From a virus (Duplodnaviria > Caudoviricetes), in IMG/VR virus record IMGVR_UViG_3300020042_007950, positions 18,324 through 82,323 of that record: DNA of 64,000 nucleotides; one strand, 5' to 3'. Below the pieces are notes generated by a model. The model made no database searches. It saw only the letters and a list, made by a program, of their open reading frames with translations, and was not told the DNA's origin. Position numbers and translations under genes: made by a program. Each line of letters starts with the position of its first letter. Position 1 is the first letter of the stretch. Below, piece after piece: positions 56,611-63,660 of the stretch.

Positions 56611-56790
56611 TTAAACTTTTGATCTTAATTCTTTGATGTGGAATATTAGTAACCATACTGTGAATGCAGAAACAAACGATACGAATGTAATTACATACAC
56701 TGATGGATTGAGTAATACCACAGTAAAATACAACAATGCAAAGCTGTCAAGCATAGCAATGATAATGATAGTCAATAGAAAGTATTTCAT
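56611..56790 (-). CDS. Small two-helix membrane protein, 59 aa (not in the ORF track)
   Basis: Translated by hand: MKYFLLTIIIIAMLDSFALLYFTVVLLNPSVYVITFVSFVSAFTVWLLIFHIKELRSKV. Confidence 0.6.
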   Translation of the reverse strand: MKYFLLTIIIIAMLDSFALLYFTVVLLNPSVYVITFVSFVSAFTVWLLIFHIKELRSKV

Positions 56791-56829
56791 AACAATGTGT
56801 TATATAATTTGATAGACTAATTTGTAGGT

Positions 56830-57050
56830 ATTAGTTAATGACCTTGATAATGATGGTGAAGACCCTGGTGGGCAATCACTTAATCTTTGGTACTACACCT
56901 AAATTCCCATTTATGTAGTATTAGCTTCATTGATTAACAATAGGGGAACAAGCCTCCCAATTCTACTTATTGTTTAGTCAATCAAATCTACCATAGGACC
57001 CAAAGATCTCGTGATTACTATCAGGCTCTCCGATCATCCCCGAAGGGCAG
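56830..57050 (-). ncRNA. Highly structured RNA, possibly a circularly permuted twister-like ribozyme
   Basis: Helices UAAUCAC/GUGAUUG and AUCUUUGG/CCAAAGAU flank a GAG/UAA internal loop; L4-like UUAUCAAGG; nested 9-, 7- and 7-bp stems; cUUCGg hairpin. P4 has a C-C mismatch. Confidence 0.45.
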
Positions 57051-57051
57051 C

Positions 57052-57234
57052 CTATAGCTGCACCTCCAGTCCCACCACGAAACGGTCCCACAAGTCTGAG
57101 TTGTAGCACGTTACCAATGCACCTGCATGGAACACACCAGCTGAGTCGATGTACTCAGAGGTTCTACCCCACATCATATCTACACCGTTCTTGTCTTGTC
57201 CTAAGTTGGACACGTAAATCAATTTTGCTTTCAT
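57052..57234 (-). CDS. Hypothetical protein, first gene of the - strand block
   Basis: 60-aa ORF starting at the strand switch. Confidence 0.55.
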   Translation of the reverse strand: MKAKLIYVSNLGQDKNGVDMMWGRTSEYIDSAGVFHAGALVTCYNSDLWDRFVVGLEVQL

Positions 57235-57251
57235 GGCAATGAAATATTAGG

Positions 57252-57260
57252 TTATCCACA
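57252..57260 (+). promoter_or_regulatory. Perfect DnaA box (TTATCCACA)
   Basis: Exact consensus 9-mer in the divergent intergenic region; a single copy was seen. Confidence 0.35.
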
Positions 57261-57628
57261 GGGCCACCTTGACCCGTCGATGCTTAGTGGGGTCTTTGAT
57301 TCTGTAGGGCCTCACTCTCAAAAAATTTTTCCCCACAAAAAAAATTTTCAGTTGGTTACAGTCGCTAACCATCTTATATGCTCTTGCATATTGTATTAGG
57401 CAAATCGTTAATTCTATATGTTAATGCATGTTAAATCATACACAGCAATTCGGTAAACTTCCGAGTTTGGCCATGTTTTGTTACGGAGTTTGGCAAATCT
57501 AATTCGTACCCGTCAAGGTATTGCAATATGCAAAAACCACATTAAAGTATCATACAGGGTATAAAACCAACTAATATTAGGAGTTATAACGGACATTACT
57601 TACTATAGTGTGGTAACAATTTTCTATG

Positions 57629-57636
57629 TATATTTG
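57629..57636 (+). promoter_or_regulatory. Bacteroidota -7 promoter element (TATATTTG)
   Basis: 5 nt before ATG 57642. Confidence 0.55.
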
Positions 57637-57641
57637 CCAAC

Positions 57642-57794
57642 ATGCACAGTCTAGAACAATACCAATTTCTAAGAGTCCAGGTTAAGATGAAGAACCCCGA
57701 TTGGGATGATGCTCAAATAAATGAAGAGTGTCAAAAGATCGTAAATGGATTCTATGATGATGATAATGAAGATTGTCTATACTGTGGCAGCTAA
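57642..57794 (+). CDS. Microprotein, 50 aa, ending CxxCGS (not in the ORF track)
   Basis: MHSLEQYQFLRVQVKMKNPDWDDAQINEECQKIVNGFYDDDNEDCLYCGS; promoter element directly upstream. Confidence 0.65.
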   Translation: MHSLEQYQFLRVQVKMKNPDWDDAQINEECQKIVNGFYDDDNEDCLYCGS

Positions 57795-57809
57795 CTAAAT
57801 AAAACAAAG

Positions 57810-57965
57810 ATGAAACTAAGAACAACAAAGAGAAAGATGAACCTCACAAAAAGAATTGGGGTTGATTTCAAATTCGTACAACCAGAAACCAAACTTTGGT
57901 GGGAGGTATACTTTAGTGTATACTTGTACGGTACATCATTTAGAGTAACATTAGAAAAGCACTAA
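57810..57965 (+). CDS. Microprotein, 51 aa (not in the ORF track)
   Basis: MKLRTTKRKMNLTKRIGVDFKFVQPETKLWWEVYFSVYLYGTSFRVTLEKH. Confidence 0.5.
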   Translation: MKLRTTKRKMNLTKRIGVDFKFVQPETKLWWEVYFSVYLYGTSFRVTLEKH

Positions 57966-57970
57966 GAGCA

Positions 57971-58105
57971 ATGGCTAAGCAAACAAATACTACTAGCTTT
58001 AATCCGAAACCAAAGAAACAACGTCCTGGAATTCACAGTAAGAAAAAGACGTCTAAGTTGAAAACTTCCAAATTGTATCGGAAAGTTTCAGTAGGACAGG
58101 GGTAA
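57971..58105 (+). CDS. Small very basic protein, 44 aa (not in the ORF track)
   Basis: MAKQTNTTSFNPKPKKQRPGIHSKKKTSKLKTSKLYRKVSVGQG; the RPGxHSK...GQG pattern recurs in aquatic phages. Confidence 0.65.
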   Translation: MAKQTNTTSFNPKPKKQRPGIHSKKKTSKLKTSKLYRKVSVGQG

Positions 58106-58114
58106 CAAAATTAT

Positions 58115-58122
58115 TATATTTG
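58115..58122 (+). promoter_or_regulatory. Bacteroidota -7 promoter element (TATATTTG) with no ORF behind it
   Basis: TAnnTTTG followed by about 260 nt of structured non-coding sequence. Confidence 0.5.
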
Positions 58123-58380
58123 CATCTGCAACCGTAAGCTTAAACGATCACCCCTGAGGTAACCAAAGTAAGGGGTCAGAAGTTGGGTTCTATTTTCAGT
58201 AACATAGCTGAAGAAAGTTGTCCCCAATAGTTGCAAAAATTGAATTGATATAGGATACTGGGGAGGGTTAAAACTATAGGCTGACAGAAATGTTCCTCCA
58301 AAGGCTAAAGACGGCAGTAATCTGAAGGTCAATTTTAAACACAAAAATCACCAAGGGGATAACTATGTCTAAGAATTTGA
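58123..58380 (+). ncRNA. Candidate structured non-coding RNA
   Basis: Stems UGCAAC/GUUGCA, ACCCCU/AGGGGU, UUGGG/CCCAA, UUCAG/CUGAA, GGAGGG/UCCUCC and ACA-GAAA-UGU. Confidence 0.45.
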
Positions 58381-58381
58381 T

Positions 58382-58389
58382 TATCTTTG
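58382..58389 (+). promoter_or_regulatory. Bacteroidota -7 promoter element (TATCTTTG)
   Basis: 16 nt before ATG 58406. Confidence 0.5.
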
Positions 58390-58405
58390 ATTCAAATTAC
58401 TACAA

Positions 58406-58636
58406 ATGCCAACTTATCTAAAGACTGGAATTTATCAACCTCCTTTTAGTAAATTAGAAGAGGAGGCTGAGCAAGCTGTAGTGTATATTGATGAAAATGT
58501 TATCCAAGTCTTAAATGCTGAAGATGACTTAGTTATACAATTTACCTATGAAGAGCTACGAGGGATAATGGCTGTAATGGCTGCTGAGCAAGAGAAGTCA
58601 CATTTGTATATACAAGCTAGAACTAAACTTAACTAA
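58406..58636 (+). CDS. Hypothetical protein
   Basis: 76-aa ORF after a promoter element. Confidence 0.6.
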   Translation: MPTYLKTGIYQPPFSKLEEEAEQAVVYIDENVIQVLNAEDDLVIQFTYEELRGIMAVMAAEQEKSHLYIQARTKLN

Positions 58637-58649
58637 AAATAAAACTTAA

Positions 58650-59207
58650 ATGGCTACTCTTATAACCCCTCAAAATTACTCTGTAGATAATCTTCCTTTA
58701 GGATCTATCGAAAGAGCTCCAGCATCTATTCGTCAAATGAATGAAATTGTTTCCGAGCTGAACTGTGCTGGGTCTTTCTACAATTCTACTACTATTACTA
58801 CTGCGGCAATTAACACTGCTTATCCGGTCCCAACCCCGACTACTGCTTATTCAGAAGGAATGGGATATGTTTCAAATACTATTCTACTTGTAAAAGCAGG
58901 AACTTACAGCTTTGACTTTACAATTCAAGTGTTTAAAAACAATACTAGTGCTGAAGGATCTTTAACTGCATGGCTAGCTATAAATGGAACTAACCAAGAT
59001 TACACTGCCAATACAATATCAATGGCAATTACAAATCAAATTGGGGTTCTTACTCTTCACTCTCATGTAGTAATAGCTGCTGATAATAGTAGAGTTGGAT
59101 TATTGTATGCTGCTAACTCAACAGATATGCAACTTAGATCATCTGTTGCTTCAGCCCCATACCCAGCAATTGCAGGTGTTACTTTAGAAGTGAACAAAAT
59201 CCGATAA
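58650..59207 (+). CDS. Structural protein with a BclA-C/C1q-like jelly-roll domain
   Basis: KAGTYSFDFTIQV...AWLAINGT...VTLEVNKI strand pattern. Confidence 0.55.
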   Translation: MATLITPQNYSVDNLPLGSIERAPASIRQMNEIVSELNCAGSFYNSTTITTAAINTAYPVPTPTTAYSEGMGYVSNTILLVKAGTYSFDFTIQVFKNNTSAEGSLTAWLAINGTNQDYTANTISMAITNQIGVLTLHSHVVIAADNSRVGLLYAANSTDMQLRSSVASAPYPAIAGVTLEVNKIR

Positions 59208-59536
59208 TGGATACTCTTACCATCATAGAAGAATCTAAGCCAACTAAGAAAGTTGATATCTCTCTTAGACAACTTATTGATATCGATGAGACTGGTGGTA
59301 TAATGGCAGGAACTACAAGAGCAATTGGGAAAATTGAAAACAATCAAGTCCTTACAGCTTATGCAGAAGTGATAGATCAGAACGGAACCCTTGGTAAAGT
59401 AAAATCATTTAGGTTTAAAAATCTAACATCAGTCCTCACTGGGGGTACCGGCATTCTGATCTCCACAAGAAAGGATGGTAAGACTGTTGTAGAAGTAGAT
59501 GATTCACTTATGATAGCATATGCCGTAGCTTTGTAA
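59207..59536 (+). CDS. Hypothetical protein
   Basis: 109 aa; TAATG coupling to the upstream gene. Confidence 0.55.
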   Translation: MDTLTIIEESKPTKKVDISLRQLIDIDETGGIMAGTTRAIGKIENNQVLTAYAEVIDQNGTLGKVKSFRFKNLTSVLTGGTGILISTRKDGKTVVEVDDSLMIAYAVAL

Positions 59537-59544
59537 TATATTTG
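59537..59544 (+). promoter_or_regulatory. Bacteroidota -7 promoter element (TATATTTG)
   Basis: 5 nt before ATG 59550. Confidence 0.55.
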
Positions 59545-59549
59545 CACTT

Positions 59550-60038
59550 ATGAAATTACTTGTAGACAGTTACACATTCGACCCAGTAGCAAAAACTGTT
59601 ACGTTTAACGAGTACACAACTCTTAACCATGCATCATTGTTATTGATTACGAATGTAACGGTTGGAGCAATAATTTATAACTTTGCAAAAGCTACACAAG
59701 TCGTAACAATTGCAGGGAACGTAGTAACATTAAACCCATCAGTTGTAACAACAGGGATGTCGGCTACAGATGATCTTCAAATATTTTATGAAGATGCTAA
59801 TACAAATGCGGCCTCGGATGAGTCTGTAATATTACTTAGAAGAATATCTAGGCTTCTTGAACCTCTTGCTACACAAGATGCTAACCAAAGACAGAGGGTT
59901 GCTGTAGAAATTATGCCTACCATTAATATAGCAACTGTATCAAATATAGCGGCTTATGGAGGAGTAGATCCAAGATTTCAAATTATAGACACTGCTAGAA
60001 TAGCTTATGCTACAGGAATAAGAGCAAAATTAACTTAA
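59550..60038 (+). CDS. Tail/baseplate-associated protein, partner of the downstream propeller protein
   Basis: YTFDPVAKTVTF...LLLITNVT...IIYNFA is an N-terminal pattern seen in phage tail-associated proteins; ends 1 nt before the next gene. Confidence 0.5.
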   Translation: MKLLVDSYTFDPVAKTVTFNEYTTLNHASLLLITNVTVGAIIYNFAKATQVVTIAGNVVTLNPSVVTTGMSATDDLQIFYEDANTNAASDESVILLRRISRLLEPLATQDANQRQRVAVEIMPTINIATVSNIAAYGGVDPRFQIIDTARIAYATGIRAKLT

Positions 60039-60039
60039 T

Positions 60040-62859
60040 ATGGCAATTACTAATAATCTTAAAAAGCAAGTAGATCAACCAGTATGGGAGTGGTCTAGAT
60101 TTGCACTTACATCATTTAACGCAAATGCCTCAAGTTTTGCTACGGCTATTGATGGATCAGATAGATACATTTATTATCAAAACCCTGGAGTATTTCAAAG
60201 GTATGATACTTGGAGTGATACATGGGTTTCTTTAGCTGCTCCTAGTTATTTTGCAACAAGTGGTGTTGCATCAATGGCTTATTCTAAATCTCAAGGAAAT
60301 AGGGGTAAAGTATTGTCAGGAGGCTCAAGCACTATAACTATTCCAGGACTTGCTGCACCAGCTAAACTAATTGGTCAGAAAATAAGAATTACCTACGGAC
60401 CTGGTGCAGAGCAAACTAGAACTATAAGTGCTGCTAGCGATGTAATAACTTTAGAGTCAGGAGTTCAAACAACAGGTAGTGGTACGACACTAGCAGATAC
60501 TACAAAAAGATGGCAAATAAACCAATGGGTTGGTTATACCTGCCGTATTATATTTGGAACTAATGCTACAACTCAAAGAACTATTGTTTATAATGATGCT
60601 ACTACATTGTACTTCTTTGATACAAACTTAGCTCAGTACGATCCTTGGGATAATCAAAGTTTTACTGCACCATTTACAGGAGCTACATTTTCAACATATA
60701 AAATATGTACACAAACAGTTACTGTAAGTAGTCCATTTACTATTGCTCCAACAACAGATAGTAGATTTATGATTCAGTCTGGAGTTATCTGGTTGATGTC
60801 TGGAACAGCAGGTACTTCATTTTTTACATGGCAGATGTATGATATACTTACAGATGTTTGGTATCAAAAGACTACTCCTCAAAACCTTATCTCAGCAACT
60901 TTAGCAGTTGAAGTTTCTATTACTCCTTTAGATGAAGTTGAAGCAGCTTATATATCTAGCACAGCAACAGCTGGAACTACTAGAACATTAACGGATTCTA
61001 CATTAACTCTTAGTACTGACATATATCGTAACTATCAAATTAGAACTACAGGTGGTACAGGAGCTGGGCAAAGAAGAAGAATTGTATCTAATCGTGCTAC
61101 TACATTTGAAGTAGATACTAAGTGGGATACTACTCCTGACGCTACTACTACTTATGAGATTTGGCCAGACACAGACCTTATCCACTTTGCTGGAAATGGG
61201 CAATCTATACATCTTGCTTATGATGTAGAAGCAGACCAATGGTGTACAGGGCCTCACTTTGACCATGGAGTTGCTACAAATGCTTCTGTAACTAAAGTTG
61301 GGGAATTGCCGTTAGGTATTTCTACAGCAGTAGATAACGGAACAGGTTCTGTTCTTACTGTAGTAGTAAATGCCGCAGGGTCAGGATATGCAGTTGGGGA
61401 TGTTATTCAAATATCAGGAGGTGGAGTAAACTGCCGTCTATATGTAACGGGTTGTACAACAGCTGGTGGGGTTACATCTGTTTCATTTAAAAACAATGGA
61501 TCAGGTTATGCTACATCTACAGGTACTGCCACAACTACAATTTCGGGATCTGGATCAGCATGTACAATTAACGTAACTGCTATTGGAAGAACAGGGTTAG
61601 TTTCAACTGGTATAAATCATTTCCTTAAAACAGGAGATACGGTTACTATTGCAGGATCCTCCGTAGCAGGGTGGAATGGAACTTACACGGTTTTAAGTGC
61701 TGATACCAACCTTACATTAACAGTAGCAAGTACAGCAACAGCATCTGCTACTGCTACTTCTTCTAACGGTACATCTCTTATTGTAGACCCTACAAAAAAC
61801 TGGGATGTTAATGAACATACAGGAAAGTTTTTAATGATTTTACAAGGAGGTAGCCTTACCCCTAACCAACAGATAAGAAGAATTACTTCTAATACTGCCA
61901 CTACTATTACTGTTCCTGCATATACAGCACTTACCCCAACTAGCGGAACAACTCGTTACATTATTATTGACCCTGCATCTTATGGGAGAGATAATAGATT
62001 CTGGGCAGATAATCAATTAGCTTACGGTTATCCTACTAGCGGTACTACAACATCTATTGTAGATACAACTAAGAACTGGATCAGAGGTGTTTGGGTAAAT
62101 CACGTTGTAAGGATTACAGCAGGTACAGGACTTGGAAGTGAGTTAACTATTACTGCCAATAACAATAATACTTTAACATTTTCAGCAGCGGCATTTACTC
62201 CAGATACTACTACTCGTTATGAGATAATGGATACATTTGGGACAGCTACTTCGGGATCTACAAATATTTTAGTAGACTCTACTAAAAACTGGGCTACTAG
62301 TCAATGGGTCAATAAAAGAGCTAGGGTTATTGGAGGTTTAGGAGTAACAAATGAACTAACAATTTCAGCATCAACAGCAACAAGTATAACAATAGGAATA
62401 GGTCTTTCTCCAGATACTACAACTAACTATGTTATTTATGGACCTGCAGCTAAAGGTGCTGGAATGATTTTAAAATGGACTTGGGGTAATGGAAACCATA
62501 GATATATGTTCTCAGCATTTGGTGGTACAAGTGCAGGAGTTATGAGGTTTGATATTACTACAGGTATTTATGAATACTTCTATCCAAACTCTGGTCAAGG
62601 TGAAACATTTACTACAGGTTCTATGTGGGCATATGATGGTGCAGATAGAGTTTATGTTCAGAAAGATGCCACAGGACGTATATTCTATTTTGATATAGTT
62701 AAACGGGAAATGGTTAATTCTGGAACTGTGCCTTATGGCATGTCTACACCAATTTTAGGAAATAGAATGGAGATAATTAAAACTGAAGATGGTCTTAAAT
62801 ATCTTTATGTAGCAAGACATAATGGAACAGAAATGTGGAGAACTTTGATATTTTGGTAA
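60040..62859 (+). CDS. Tail/receptor-binding protein: split Kelch-like propeller with about six internal beta repeats
   Basis: Repeats of the form TxxDxTKNW...G..xRI..GTG.GQ.R.I..N..TT...TPD.TT.Y.I; Kelch-like blades at both ends. Confidence 0.6.
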   Translation: MAITNNLKKQVDQPVWEWSRFALTSFNANASSFATAIDGSDRYIYYQNPGVFQRYDTWSDTWVSLAAPSYFATSGVASMAYSKSQGNRGKVLSGGSSTITIPGLAAPAKLIGQKIRITYGPGAEQTRTISAASDVITLESGVQTTGSGTTLADTTKRWQINQWVGYTCRIIFGTNATTQRTIVYNDATTLYFFDTNLAQYDPWDNQSFTAPFTGATFSTYKICTQTVTVSSPFTIAPTTDSRFMIQSGVIWLMSGTAGTSFFTWQMYDILTDVWYQKTTPQNLISATLAVEVSITPLDEVEAAYISSTATAGTTRTLTDSTLTLSTDIYRNYQIRTTGGTGAGQRRRIVSNRATTFEVDTKWDTTPDATTTYEIWPDTDLIHFAGNGQSIHLAYDVEADQWCTGPHFDHGVATNASVTKVGELPLGISTAVDNGTGSVLTVVVNAAGSGYAVGDVIQISGGGVNCRLYVTGCTTAGGVTSVSFKNNGSGYATSTGTATTTISGSGSACTINVTAIGRTGLVSTGINHFLKTGDTVTIAGSSVAGWNGTYTVLSADTNLTLTVASTATASATATSSNGTSLIVDPTKNWDVNEHTGKFLMILQGGSLTPNQQIRRITSNTATTITVPAYTALTPTSGTTRYIIIDPASYGRDNRFWADNQLAYGYPTSGTTTSIVDTTKNWIRGVWVNHVVRITAGTGLGSELTITANNNNTLTFSAAAFTPDTTTRYEIMDTFGTATSGSTNILVDSTKNWATSQWVNKRARVIGGLGVTNELTISASTATSITIGIGLSPDTTTNYVIYGPAAKGAGMILKWTWGNGNHRYMFSAFGGTSAGVMRFDITTGIYEYFYPNSGQGETFTTGSMWAYDGADRVYVQKDATGRIFYFDIVKREMVNSGTVPYGMSTPILGNRMEIIKTEDGLKYLYVARHNGTEMWRTLIFW

Positions 62860-62869
62860 ATTATAAATT

Positions 62870-63415
62870 ATGAAAAAATACAGTTACGTAGAGTTAGAAA
62901 ACAAGTTCAAAGAGCTTGGATACGAATGGCCAGCCTTCCATATAATTGGAACTCGTTCAAAAGCTAACGAAAAAAACAAGTTTGATGATTACTTCTACTT
63001 GATTAAAGGCCCAATAATGTACGTATACTCAGGAACTACTAATCCTGGGACTCACTGGCTAAAGAATTTGATGAATCCAAAGGGAACTGCAGTCCTCAAG
63101 CCAGGACAATACGTCGACAGTTGGAAATTAGGGTTACATCAAGGTAAGTACGAGGCATTAGTACAAGCTAAACCTATCATTGTTTACCGTGATAACAACA
63201 AAAATGACATAGCAGAAGAAACAAAGACTGAAGATACAGGAATGTTTGGTATTAACATACACCGTGCTAACCCATCAGCTATTAGTTCAATCATTGACAA
63301 GTGGTCAGCAGGTTGTCAAGTGTTAAACGATCCCGAACAGTTCAAAACATTGATTAGCTCTTGTAAAACATCGGGTAGAAAGGCATTTACTTACACTTTA
63401 CTTAGAGAATTCTAA
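62870..63415 (+). CDS. Probable endolysin with a YkuD/L,D-transpeptidase-like His-Cys motif
   Basis: GINIHRAN...WSAGCQV (His 63260-63262, Cys 63314-63316), next to holin- and spanin-like genes. Confidence 0.6.
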   Translation: MKKYSYVELENKFKELGYEWPAFHIIGTRSKANEKNKFDDYFYLIKGPIMYVYSGTTNPGTHWLKNLMNPKGTAVLKPGQYVDSWKLGLHQGKYEALVQAKPIIVYRDNNKNDIAEETKTEDTGMFGINIHRANPSAISSIIDKWSAGCQVLNDPEQFKTLISSCKTSGRKAFTYTLLREF

Positions 63416-63660
63416 TGAAAAAGTGGGTAAGATCCATATTTTCTGCTGAAGGAGATGCAAGTTATAAAAGAGTTGGGTCAGCCCTAGCTCTTTTAACTTG
63501 CATAATCATTGCATATGTGTCTACATTTACAGTCTACGTATGCCCTGAGTTTATTTACGACGGATTGCTAATTTTAGCAGGAGCAGGAATGGGATTTACT
63601 ACTGTAGAAAACATAACAAAAGTCTTTGGAAAATCAAAAACAAATGAACCAGAAGGATAA
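63415..63660 (+). CDS. Holin-like two-helix membrane protein
   Basis: Two hydrophobic helices; TAATG coupling to the endolysin gene. Confidence 0.6.
   Translation: MKKWVRSIFSAEGDASYKRVGSALALLTCIIIAYVSTFTVYVCPEFIYDGLLILAGAGMGFTTVENITKVFGKSKTNEPEG

Noticed and set aside
57018-57024. CUGAUAG resembling the hammerhead CUGANGA core
   Set aside because: G8 and A9 are swapped, and no GAAA follows the adjacent stem.
58114-58344. 76-aa - strand ORF
   Set aside because: It runs against the local + strand polarity, has an alternative start, and lies over the candidate ncRNA and its promoter.
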